A stretch of DNA of 32,222 nucleotides, from positions 775,442 through 807,663 of the forward strand of contig NW_014577068.1 in assembly GCF_000485595.1 (NCBI RefSeq), written 5' to 3'. Shown piece after piece: positions 10,105 through 21,339 of the stretch. Origin of the DNA: Priapulus caudatus. Taxonomy: Eukaryota. The position numbers and the translations under genes are program-made. A model generated the notes under the pieces. It ran no database searches. It saw only the letters and a list, made by a program, of their open reading frames with translations, and had not been told where the DNA came from. Each line of letters begins with the position of its first letter. Position 1 is the first letter of the stretch.

Positions 10105-11745
10105 CCACGCAAAGAGCGAGCAGGAGAACAGCCCAGGTGCTGGTTTCCTGCTGGATTCCAGGCAGCAGTAACCTCACTCCCGACAGGGTCGTGTTGGCTT
10201 GTGCCCTAGGCAAATGCTGCTCGCTACCAAGTCCGGGCCAGTGGGCGGGCGAGGGGCTGGTGCCACTCGCCGGCACCCGGCTGTGGCTGGAGGGGCTGCA
10301 AAGACATCTAATGCTGCAGTGGCTGAGTGTACGCCCGCCGCCACTGCGCCAAAACGTCCTGCACCTTAATAGACACGTCGCAGTGTCCCCTTTCCGACGA
10401 GGGATGATGTCCTTGGCCTCTTCTTGCCCGTAGATTGTTCTACCCGGCAGAAGATAAGTGCCAAGGCCCTTCAAGTCCCGGCGGTAAGCCGGGCACGTCG
10501 GAATTGGGATGGCGGAGTAGCGGCGGGATTAGGGCTGGTGGATGCATCGCCTAATCATCGTGTGGGAGACCAGCCGAAAATCATGGGTTTCCCGGTCGTG
10601 AGCGGCGATGGTGAATGGTGTCTCCCCTTTTGAACCTGTCACAAGACGGCCGGACGTCCGTGGGTGTGGATGGTGGAAGGCTGAGTCGCTCGCCCACCCT
10701 GCCCCAGCACGTCTACCCCTTGGGCAAGTCTGACGGGTCAAGCAACGAATTGCCCTGACGAGGGGCGACGGGGCTATCAACTTGTCAACCCTGTCCTCTG
10801 GAATGGGCCGGAAATGTCCAAGTAGAGACGCGAAGGCCTGCTTGGGCATACCAGGCAGCAGGCCCCGATGAGAGAGGGCATACCGAGAGAGGGCATACCG
10901 CACATTCTCTGGTCAAGGGGCAGAGCCATTAGATGCGTTCTTCTGGCATTTTGACGTCGTGGCACGTCACACTGGCTGGACTGCCGGCGATCGAGCCACA
11001 TAGCTGGCTGGTTCTCTGGATTACCCGGCGTCTGCCGTTCTGTACGAATGCACTAATAAATCTTCCGAGAAAGAGATTCGCTGGGCGCTGACGGCTAGGC
11101 TGCAGCCTCCTAGCTCTGAACTCGACCGGCGTCTTCGTCTCGATAAGCGGATGAAACGGCCGACTGAGAGCTGGACTGAGTTTGCACGAGACTTGGAACA
11201 GCTGGTCGGTAGGGTTGAACTCGGACTCTCCCGGTTGGAATACAGCAGACGTGCACGCTGGCTGGTGCTCCGTGCGATTACGGGCGCTGCCCAGACGGAC
11301 AGAGATGATGGCACTGCGGAGTGCGCGGCACGGGCCGCTGATGAATATGAGTCGATTACGAGGTCAAATCGAGGATCCGTCTCTCGTAAACCGGAAGCTC
11401 GTCCGGTAGCCACCGCACGGGCACCGATAGAGGATAATCTCCCTCAGCCTGGGAAAGAACAAACCCTATCTGAAGGCACAGTAATCAAGGCTTCAGAGTC
11501 CCAGCTGTTAGCTGTGGCTTTGAAGCAGATTAATACCCTATTACAGGCACTGATGGCGGGGGACGCTAAAGGCACACCGCACAGAGCCGCTGGAAAGAGT
11601 CAGCTGGGTCAGCGGGCAGACGGTAAGGCGGTGCAGTGTTACAACTGCCGCCGATGCGGGCATATCTTCCGTCACTGCCCTACCCGTACCGTTGAGGTGA
11701 AGTCAGAAGCTCTGCCATGCTCTCGCGAGAGGCCGCCACGCCGGT

Positions 11746-12000
11746 GGACCTGGTCGCGAAATTCTTTTTCCCACGCGAGTTCCGGAATACAGCCAATCAG
11801 CGCACTCCATTCCCTCGACTTCCTTGAAGCAACAATGAAAAATGAAACAAATGTCACCTTATCCCTAACCCTAACCCAATCCAAACCCTAACAGTAACTT
11901 TAAACCGACTCGCACGCTTATATACGCGTGGCATAGTACCAAACACTATCTATGGTGTATCCGGAACTCACGTGGGAAAAATAATTTCACAACCCGGTCC
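11746..12000. mobile_element. 255-bp MITE-like insertion with ~45-bp TIRs and a (CCCTAA)-like core, nested in gag
   Basis: 11746-11790 and 11957-12000 are inverted repeats (39/45: 5 mismatches, 1 indel). The AT-richer interior has CCCTAACCCTAACCCAATCCAAACCCTAAC at 11863-11892. Removing it plus one T restores the gag frame. Confidence 0.9.
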
Positions 12001-12014
12001 TTGGATTAGGGCTC

Positions 12015-12021
12015 GGGAAAC
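12015..12021 (+). promoter_or_regulatory. -1 ribosomal frameshift slippery heptamer G GGA AAC at the gag/pol junction
   Basis: X XXY YYZ in the correct gag phase (tcG GGA AAC gag tag). The -1 frame reads GKRVVA...WLLSVKLCGQ and joins the protease motif across a 1-nt deletion near 12157. Confidence 0.75.
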
Positions 12022-12119
12022 GAGTAGTGGCCAGCCCATGTGCACCACCGCATCCAGTACACAGTCGTTCCGGGCTGCGGCCTGCCCAGGTGACGAGCTG
12101 ACGGCTCCAACCTCGGCCG

Positions 12120-12480
12120 CGAGCTGCCTGGCTGCTTTCGGTGAAACTCTGTGGTCAATGATTGACTTCACAGTAGACACTGGCGCAGAAATTTCGTTAC
12201 TGGATCAGGCATCCTACCTCTCGTTACCCCCGTGTAGGCCTGGCCTGCAGGAAACGGAAGCAATGTTGGCAGATGCTCAGGAAAATGATATCCCTACAGT
12301 GGGGGACTGTGCGCGGACCTGGCCACTCACGGTAGGCAGTATACCCACAACCTGCTTGTTGTGGACTCGAGTCTTCGCCGAGGGTTGCTCGGACTGGATT
12401 TCATGCGTGACCGAGGGTGTCAGCTGGATGTGACCAGAGGGCATCTGACTATTTACAATGTCATGCACGTGCTGCATGAG
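12120..12480 (+). pseudogene. pol: pol: retropepsin aspartic protease (frameshifted)
   Basis: FTVDTGAEISLL with DTG at 12176-12184; C-terminal GLLGLDFM motif in the next frame (ORF 12361). Confidence 0.9.
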
Positions 12481-13043
12481 AAGAATGGGTTGCAGAGGCG
12501 GGTGCTGCAGGCAGTGTGCCGCACGGTACTTGCCCCGAACCACGGTGCTGTGGTAATGGGTGAATTTGCCAACGATCTCTAGCCCAGAGACATGCTAGCA
12601 GTGGCTGAACTCACGAAGAAGTTCCGGGAGAGTTACAGAGGAAGTGGAGCTCTTATTGCCCGATGTCTGGTGGACACCAGCGGGCATGACGTTCCCCTCT
12701 CTGTTGTCAACTCGAGGAACACGGAGCTGGTCATCAACCCTGGTACCGGACTAGCTTGGCTGGAACCGGTCACGCAGGTTGCTCTGGCAGAAGTCCGAAA
12801 TGACTCAAAAGTTGAGATTGAGAACAAACAGACTGAGGTCCCGGATCATCTTCAACCCCTGTTAAACGGGGTGGATGAAGCTCTGATCTACAAACAAAGG
12901 ATGGCTGTAGCAGAGACGATCTGTCAGTATGCCTCTTTGTTTACCGCTCCCAGTGTGAAGCGTGGTCATACTAGCCTCGTGCGGCATACTATTAATACGG
13001 GTACGCACTCCCCCCTATTAAGCAAGCCCCGAGAAGCTGTGCC

Positions 13044-13640
13044 TTGATGAAACGGGAGGTGATGAATACGGAGGTCGGGAAAATGCTTCGTGATGGCATG
13101 ATCCCTCCGAGCAGTAGCCCTTGGGCTTCCCCTGTCGTCTTAGTCACGAAGAAGGATGGCAGTACACAGTTCTGTATAGACTATCGCTGCTTGAATGAGG
13201 GTACCATCAAGGATGCGTACCTCCTTCCAAGGATCGACGATGCGTTGGATTCCCTGGCTGGCGCCCAGTGGTTTTCCACAATCTATCTGACGAGCGGCTA
13301 TTGGCAGGTTGAGATGGACACAAGGGATGCTCCCAAAACGGCGTTTAGTACCCGGCAGGGTCTATTTAACTTCATGGTCATGCCATTTGGGTTATGTAAT
13401 AGCCCAGCAACCTTTGAGCGGTTGATGGAGCTGGTCCTTCAAGGATTGCAATGGACGGAGTGTTTGGTCTACTTCGATGATGTGATCATTTTCGGTCAGT
13501 CATTTGAGAAGGCGTTGGCCAACCTCCACCATGTGTTTGACCAATTGGCAAATGCCAGCTTGAAGCTCAAACCAACAAAGTGATCGCTATTCCGGAGAAG
13601 TGCCTCGTGTCTCGGACACGTTGTGACGGCCGATGGCGTA
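13044..13640 (+). pseudogene. pol: pol: reverse transcriptase (inactivated)
   Basis: SSSPWASPVVLV, KKDGS.QFCIDYR.LN, MPFGLCNSPATF and YFDD (13470-13481). The first catalytic Asp of the FSTxDL motif is mutated to Tyr (TAT 13284-13286). Stop at 13581. Confidence 0.97.
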
Positions 13641-13844
13641 CAGTGTGATCCAGAGAAGGTAAAAGTGGCAGGACAGTGGGAGGTGCCGCGATCTGTTGCG
13701 GACGTGCGGAGCTTCCTGGGATTCACTAATTACTATCGGCGATTTATCTCAGGCTTTGCTACTACAGCGCACCCACTGACGCAGCTTACCCGGAAAGGTG
13801 TCTGTTTTCGGTAGTCAGATGAATGTCAGGAGGCCTTTAATACT

Positions 13845-14240
13845 TTGAAACGGCAACTCACCTTTGCCCCAGTACTTGCCAAATTTATACTGGACACTGA
13901 TGCCAGTGCGTCAATCATGGGCGCTGTTCTGTCTCAGGTCCAAGATGGAGATAAGAAGGTTATAGCCTATGCCAGTAAGACATTCTGTCAAACTCAGCGG
14001 CGGTATTGTACCACGAATCGTGAGTTGTTGGCTGTCGTAACGTTTGCCAAGCAGTTCCGTCACTACCTGATTGGTCAGCCATTTCGAGTCCGAACAGATC
14101 ACGCCTCCCTGACATGGCTTCTTAACTTCAAGGAGCCGGAAGGCATGGTGGCCCGGTGGATTGCGTATTAAGGCATATTCGCCATGCGGATTGAGCACCG
14201 TCCTGGTAAATTGCATGCCAATGCAGATGGCTTATCCCGG
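13845..14240 (+). pseudogene. pol: pol: RNase H (Ty3/Gypsy type)
   Basis: FILDTDAS, VIAYASK, ELLAVV, RTDHASL, ARW and HRPGKLHANADGLSR motifs. Stop at 14169; short deletion before FILDTDAS. Confidence 0.95.
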
Positions 14241-14349
14241 CCGCCGGGATGTCGTACGTGCAAACGGCAGGGTTGCCCGGATTGTCACAGAATCATACTG
14301 CTGTTCCAAGAGTTGGTTCCGACATACTCCCAGGGGTCTTCCATACTTC

Positions 14350-15790
14350 AGTTGGTGGCGCCCCCAATCATCCGCCAGGAGTTGCTGGATGCTCTCCATG
14401 GTCGACGCATTGCGGCACACCTAGGCATTCGGAAAACGCTGTCCCGGATTCGGCAATGATTCACGTGGCCGGATATCCGCGACGTCCAACGTTGGTGTCG
14501 GCAGTGTGATACGTGCGCTAGGCGGAAAACCGGGCGACGTAAGCAGGCTAAGCTGCAGTAGCAGGCAGGTGGCACACCATGGGAAAAGCTCGCGGTCGAT
14601 TTTCTCGGGCCCCTCCCGGTGACAGAAGCAGAAAATTGTTACATACTCGTGGCCTGTGATTATTTTACCAAATGGGCAGAGGCGTACGCACTTCCTGACC
14701 AGACTGTACAGACTACGGCCAATTGCCTGGTCTCGCAACTGTTCACCCGGATTGGCTACCCACGGCAGCTCCATTCCGACCAGGGTCGCAATTTCGATTC
14801 CAATCTCTTTGCCGGAGTATGTACACTCCTGGGTATAGAAAAGACTCGGACCACCCTGTACCATTCACAATCCGACGGGCTGGTTTAACGTTTCAACAGA
14901 ACCTTGTTGGACATGTTGGCAAAGGTTGGGAGTGAGCAGAAAAATGACTGGGACCAACATCTTCCTTATGCCATGGCGGCCTACAGAGGTACAGCCCAAG
15001 AAAGTACGGGGGTGATCCCAAACCTCATGATGTTTGGTCGTAAGGTTAGCTTGCCGGTAGAACGCATGTTTGACCGACTCCCAGGTCTGGACGTGCAGGA
15101 TTGTTCTGCGAAATACGTTGAATGGGTGAGAATGGCTACCCGCGCCGCGCATCGGCGTGCCCGCGAAATACTTCTAAGGGGGGGCAGAAAGACAAAAACA
15201 CAACTACGACAAGGCCGTCGTTTGTGCGCATTTGCCGCCTGGTACCTGGGTCTGGCAGTATTACACCCCTGAAGCTGGAAAGCTTGGGAATCCATGGCAG
15301 GGTCCCCTCCTAGTGGTCCAAGAGCGTGGTACCTTACGCTGGATCCAGGCTGAGGAAAATGACGAACCTTGTGTAGTCTCTATCAATGACCTGAAACCCT
15401 ACCTTGGCGGAAACGCGCCCGCAGCTTGGTGCATCCCGGAGCTGGTCCCGGATAAAGCTACCTCTGTGGATCGCTTAGTAACCAAGAGGAAGAAGGATGG
15501 TGTTGGGGACATACCCGGCTCGGATAGGGTGAGCATTCACCTCGAAATATCTGATACCCGGGCGGACATAGACATATTCGATACAGATGTGAGGATGGCA
15601 GATCTCGCAGCAGAACTCCCTGTGAAGGCTGATGTCAATGGCGGGTTGCCTGTAGCAACCGCCGATGCGGCCTTAGCAGGCATCGAACCAGCGGAGAATT
15701 CAGTGGTGATCCCCTCTTTGCGTGATGCCGACCCTGAGCAGGTCTCGGACCCGGTCCGCAGAGCTCGGACAGGCGTGGCCCTATCTATGT
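14350..15790 (+). pseudogene. pol: pol: integrase (HHCC, D,D35E core, GPY/F) plus acidic C-terminal tail; inactivated
   Basis: His at 14397 and 14418, CDTC at 14505-14516, VDFLGPLP (D 14598), HSDQG (D 14778). The Glu 36 codons later is mutated to TAA (14886-14888). WQGP at 15295-15306; no chromodomain recognised. Confidence 0.95.
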
Positions 15791-17629
15791 TCCCCATGAG
15801 AGGCAGCCTGGGAAGCGTATGGCGTGTGGTCCACGTCATTTCGGTTTCCCGGGATGAACACGGGGTGTGTTGTCAGATTGCCTGCCACGGTTATTGGCAA
15901 ATCTGTGCAGTCTGTGCCATTAATCACGTCAGACCGTGAATAGTTCCCGCCATAACTATTAACGTTATGCGGTCTGTATGCAATATACCGCACGCTAGGC
16001 GTAGCCGGGTGTCACGAGTTATTAGGTGAATTGGCCAGTTACAAGGAAGGGCGTTACCCTTTCATGAGCCTCGGCTGGTTACGTGTAGTAACCCCGGAAG
16101 CAGGCACATAAGGCAATTCTCATTCCCGTAAGTTGCACTCCACGGACGAGTCGGTCAGGTAGTCTTGTGTGTCAATCCTAGTGTCACTGTAAGACGGTAA
16201 TTGCGACGTAATGCTTCGCGCACGTGAGACCGATTGAACACGGGCACGGGTGAGGGTCACACTTCTCCGTCGGTATACAACGCCAGTATACTGGGTAAAG
16301 GCAGGCCTGGAGCAATCCAACAGGTACGATGGATGTTCCATACGAGGATTATGGCGCGTAACTACCTTACCTCTGTCCGAATTGAAGCAGTGGCGCTCCT
16401 CCCGTGTGAGTAAGCGCTCTTCGATAGAGACGTCCGAAACCCTGACACCCCCTTGCCTGCGTGTGGGTTAGTTCGTGGCAGGGGTTGAGTGTTATCACTA
16501 ACCTCCCACGTGGCAATTAGAGGTGTTGACTGATTGCATTAGCAGTGTATAGTGGTGACGTGGAGCACACGCTCCAGGACCGCAAGGCACCCCTATACAT
16601 ATAGGCGCGGAGTGGGCTAGTGGTGTGGTTGCTTTCATATACTCCCCTTTCCCAGAGTGGCGCAGCATCAGAGCGCTCTGCTAGTGAATGGCGTGGGAGG
16701 AAGCGAAGGGCCACTGACGTAGGAGGCAGCGAAAGTCGCAGAGTCGCCGTCTCGCCCCTGGCATCTGCAGCAGGGAGGAGCAGCCACCACAGTCGGGACT
16801 GCTTTGCCGCAGATGCTGACATACGCGCATGGAGACTATCCCCGCATCTCGTGGGGCGGCAGCCTCGGCCCCGCATTGGACTGAGAATACAGACGTCAGC
16901 TGCTGCGGAGCTCCGCGTCGTGGAAAGCATGATGGAGACCCGATTGCTTGACGATACCCGCGACTTGGTAGCACTACGTGCCACCATACGGGAGAGAGCG
17001 CGTGCGGAGATTAGGTAGGGCAGCGTCACGCGTAATAATGAAACATTTATTGAGACGTAAATTTTCAGTGTGATTCCTCTGCCCTGCCGATGCGGCCACG
17101 GAGGACGTATATAAATTGTATCAATTGTGTAGTAGTTATTTGGATATGTTGTGATACGAATGACCTATGCTGCGTCATGGGTTTATTTCGCGCTGCCCCT
17201 GCACGTGTATTGTGCCGGTGCATTTGTTAATGGGAAATTTAAATTAGTTGGCAATGTAATGAATGGTATGATTAAATTTTAGTGCTTTCCATGCTATGCT
17301 GTTTTGTTACAAACATTTGTGTCTAGTTTTGTTTAAAATTTCTGTCACGCTGGTTGATGTTACGTACGGTGTTGCGGGGGTGTTGCAGGCGACGGGGTAG
17401 TCCCCGCCCGTTGCACCAAGCCGTCCGGCTGCGGTGGGACAGTTGGCTGTGTAAGTAGAACGTGACGTTTTGGTGCACGGAAATCTTGTTGGGAGAGTTC
17501 CCAGTATTGTCTTTGTCTTTTGAATTGTATTGGGTCATGCGTTTTTTTATATCGCAATGTAGCATAGTATTGGACAGACTGTTTTTGTTGTAGACCTTCG
17601 TGCGAGCCTTGCCGGGGCGGCCAAGACTC

Positions 17630-17645
17630 GGAAAAGGGAAGGGGA
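17630..17645 (+). promoter_or_regulatory. Polypurine tract
   Basis: GGAAAAGGGAAGGGGA lies 3 nt upstream of the 3' LTR. Confidence 0.93.
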
Positions 17646-17648
17646 TAA

Positions 17649-18225
17649 TGTAGCGGTCAAGGGTCTACCGAGATCACGTGACCCGCGTCCTAAGGTGATT
17701 CAAGTATAACGGGTAGGGATGCACCTCCGTCACGTGACCTGCGTTGCCGAGATGTTAAGGTGACCCGAATCCCTGGATCTACCCCACGTGACCATTATGG
17801 GTATATAAGCTGCTGCTCCTTGCAGTAAGGGTGTGCACTTGTTTCTCTCGCCAGCTGCTCCATGGTACACAACACGAGGCTTATCAGCGAGTGGTAAGAT
17901 GTACGTTCACGTTTCATTCCCCGACTCACCCTCTGCCTAGTACTTGCTGACGGCTTGACCGTCCCTGCATGCAGACACGTTGAGATCTCGGGCCGCATTA
18001 TTTGATATTGTATATGCTGTGTTTACTGTTCCTGGGCATTCAGCCCAAGTTTGTGTAGTATTTATGGCCACCGGCCTGTTGGTCGGCGGGCCAATAAAAG
18101 CACCGGCGTTTCCGGTTTGAATACCAAACTTGGTGTCGTGGTCTCTGTCACTGCTCGTGTCCGCGTGTGGATCCATAATCGAACATGTGGCGCACATTGA
18201 GGCCGTGACTGGCTCAAACGTCACA
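17649..18225 (+). repeat. 3' LTR (577 bp)
   Basis: TG...CA termini; one 56-bp unit; AATAAA at 18093-18098. About 34 substitutions over the last ~425 aligned bp versus the 5' LTR (manual count). Indels (+112, +21, -1, -6, -8) account for the 118-bp length difference. Confidence 0.96.
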
Positions 18226-18716
18226 TAAATAAATAAATAAATAAATAAATATATATATATACTCACACGATGGCAGCGACGACAAAGGTACCCAATCTCT
18301 CCATCGCACGACTAATATCGTGCATCGATAGTCATTCTCGTCCCATAATCGGCCGTTGTGCGTTTCATGGGATATAATTTGATCTAGGCCACAAAGCCCC
18401 AAGTGGTTTAACCTTTAGTTTAAATATTTATGCGAAAAATATGCTATTGATTTTCGTGTTTTCGGAGTTTCTCGACTGCATAATTTAGTGGCATCGATGC
18501 TTCTCGCGCTTCTGGTTCCTAGTATTATTGTGATTATTTATTTATTTATTATATTTATTATTACTTTATTTATTTATTATTTTATTATTATTTGACGAAT
18601 AAACGACGTATTCCCCGCACGTCAAGCGTTTATAACGGCAAGAAGGCCTACCCGCGCCGACAGCAAAATAGATTGAAACATATAGACTCTCTATCGAACC
18701 ACTTAGGCACTGCGCA

Positions 18717-20310
18717 CACACTTACACACGGCACACTCAACACACACAATACACACAACACACGCAACGCACGCACGCACCACACAGACATACCATCACA
18801 TCACCCCTCACACACACACAACACCATACACACACACCACCACGACACACAACACACACATACACACACTACACATAACACACATACACCATCACACCAC
18901 ATATACACAATACACACATACACCACACACAACACACACCACACACACACGCCCCACACACATACACAATACACATACACATACACAGTACACTATACAC
19001 ATACACATCACATACCATCAATTACACAACACAACACATACACATATCACATAAATACACATACACATACACAGTACACATACACATACACTACACATAC
19101 ACATAACCATACACTACACATACACATACACTACCCACCCCACAACCCCCGATTACATACAATTCACACACATACATTACTATTACACAATTTATCACAC
19201 ATCAACCACTATTCCATTATATCAATATATTACGCCCCTATATATATCCACTATCTCACCTATAGATATATATATATATTAATATATATTATCAAGGAGG
19301 CCATAATAGAGATTTCCTATTATGGCACTTCCTTGATAATGACTCACTAGGAGCACTGTTCATCCCGACGACGCAAATACCGAGCAGATCATATTAAACC
19401 CTCAAACATGGCTATGGTAGCCAAATATATCCGTGCAAGCCACATGCCGGCGTGCACTTAGTGGTAACTCTCATGATTGCCAATACAGTCAACGAATGGC
19501 GTTGTATGATGTACAGTGTACACAGTGTGATACGCAGAGAAGCTTGATCATCTCTTTAATTATTGTGCATTTTGACCTGTTCTCTTTTGTACAATGTCGT
19601 TTGTGCTTAAATGAAGCAAATGTATTAGGCGTGTTACGTCGAGCCGATGATTAAGAGGCACCAAAAATGTGAGAACGGAAATGCGAACGGAGGAGAGCGC
19701 CAAGGGGAGAGAGAGAATGGGGTTGGCGCGTACAACATAGGACAACCCGCTCGAAGAAACACCACCACGCACACGCACACGGCCCACACGCACACTGCAC
19801 CACGCACACGCGCACACGCACACGCACACGGCACACGCACACGCACACGCCGCACACGCACACGCACACAGCAGCACGCACCGCACACGCACACGCCACC
19901 CCACGCACACAGCACACACACAACACACCGACGAGAGAAGAGAGACCGAGCAGGGAGAGAAGCATCCAATCTCAGCGGCTATCGCGAGGCAAGACCAGGC
20001 AACAGGCAAGAGGAGAGAGACAGGAGAGACGAGAGAGATGCGAGGGACGAGACCAGTAGACCTGGAGGAGAGAGAGAATCTAGTGATAATGATGAATATC
20101 GTCAGAATGATAAGTATAATGAATGAAGTGAAATGAGATGACGAGAATGAGAGAAGAGCGAGAATACAGACAGCAGAGACGAGAATTGCTGCGAATAGAG
20201 AGAGCAGAGAGAGACAACGAGAGAGATGGCAGCAGATGATGAGAGAGAGAGAGAGAAAGAGAAGCAGAGATAGAGAGAGCATCGCGAGAGAGAAAGAGAG
20301 AGAGCAAGAA

Positions 20311-20345
<35 letters not shown>
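18717..20345. repeat. Degenerate CA-rich (18717-19180, 19765-19930) and GA-rich (~19990-20345) low-complexity tracts
   Basis: Direct reading; the periodicity is broken by many indels. Confidence 0.9.
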
Positions 20346-20347
<2 letters not shown>

Positions 20348-20729
20348 GCGAGAAAGTGCGTTTGAAACACCACAATACTCCATTCATTTTCGCGATCCTC
20401 GGAATAATTTTCAAGATGACGCACAATTCTTCCATAAGCCTAATTTATATAGTGTCGAAATATTCAATCACAAACTAAATATGATCTATCTTGTAAAAGC
20501 TAAATAATAAAGGCCAAATAATAAACATGGCAGACAAGCTTTCGATGTCATTCTTTCGCTAATAGCACAGCCACGTAGCAAGCTGCGTTTTATGTTTTCC
20601 TACTTTCCCACATTAATGTGAATGTTTCTCTTCTGCGCGCTAAAACCCGTAAAGTTGTGATAGTAAGCGGCGCGTACGCAGCATTCCCTCAATCTGCACT
20701 CGTTCGTCGATGCGAACATCCAACCTTCT

Positions 20730-21339
20730 TCACTGGATTGCACCGCATGCAGCAGCATAGCACGACTTCGTTTTGTCGGGTTTGTCTCGATCTTTAGATC
20801 GATCAGTTTGCGTGCATCTTCTCGCTACCTCTGGGGAAAAACAATCATCGCGAAGGCATCGTTAAATGTGCATAGTGCACGTATATACGCGCGTAGACTG
20901 CTCGTTTCAAATTTTTAGGCGCATAGCCCATGAGGCCCAAGCACTCACGCATCGAGTACACCGGGAGGACACCACGGATATCATGCATCTGTGTTAGCCA
21001 ACGTGACAGGTAGTGCAGGGGAACTTTGAAAACAGTTTTCTTTACCAGTTAGCTTAGAAGCTGACTCGTAGGCGTTACTTAACTCATCGATAACAGCTTG
21101 ATTCTGAAGACTGATCATGAAAACTGGGAACGAGAAACGCGAGGTATTGCGGTTGAGCAATTTTGCCATTCGGTTGTCGTATTAATTCATTACGTGACTT
21201 CGCCCTGGCTTATTTTACACATTTGACAACATTTCACAAGTATGCGACAAGGTTCCGGGAGTGCTACCGTAGGTGGTAACGCTAATTGGAACACAGATAG
21301 TTCCAGTGTCATTCTGGGATTCACCAACGCTTCATTTAA
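20730..21339 (-). CDS. Candidate host exons 21339-21268, 21103-21046 and terminal 20830-20730 (LNEALVNPRMTLELSVFQLALPPT-NQAVIDELSNAYESASKLTE-VARR...ACGAIQ*)
   Basis: Acceptors tatgcacag, gtcttcag and gtttttccccag; donors gtagca and gtaaag. Phase-compatible through to TGA at 20732-20730. Confidence 0.4.

Larger units (their letters stand above)
10872..12027 (+). pseudogene. gag: Gypsy gag (capsid plus CCHC nucleocapsid), disrupted by stops and a MITE insertion; true start not determined
   Basis: In frame with ORF 11151: TFSGQGAEPLDAFFWHFDVVARHTGW...(TAG 11001)...KRPTESWTEFARDLEQL, a capsid-like pattern. Zinc knuckle CYNCRRCGHIFRHC (Cx2Cx4Hx4C) at 11637-11678. Ends SGNE* at 12013-12027 once 11745-12000 is removed; a premature TAG remains at 12007. 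Confidence 0.9.
9391..18225 (+). mobile_element. Full-length, inactivated Ty3/Gypsy LTR retrotransposon (8835 bp)
   Basis: Paired direct LTRs both start TGTAGCGGTC and end AAACGTCACA. TAAA flanks both sides (9387-9390, 18226-18229). PBS follows the 5' LTR and PPT precedes the 3' LTR. Domain order gag(CCHC)-PR-RT-RNaseH-IN is the Gypsy order. Confidence 0.97.

Noticed and set aside
10870..10899. 15-bp tandem duplication (GAGAGAGGGCATACC x2) in gag
   Set aside because: An ordinary slippage mutation in a decaying element.
11863..11892. Telomere or chromosome-fusion relic
   Set aside because: Only about five degenerate units, enclosed by TIRs of a MITE.
15790..17030. env gene or chromodomain
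   Set aside because: No signal peptide, transmembrane helix or chromodomain aromatic cage was recognised; kept only as an unknown-ORF finding.
18592..20478. Long His/Thr-, Cys/Val-, Arg/Glu- or Leu/Ser-rich ORFs (also 23188-23883, 25575-26390, 27940-28638, 31621-32107)
   Set aside because: They are dinucleotide-repeat translations.
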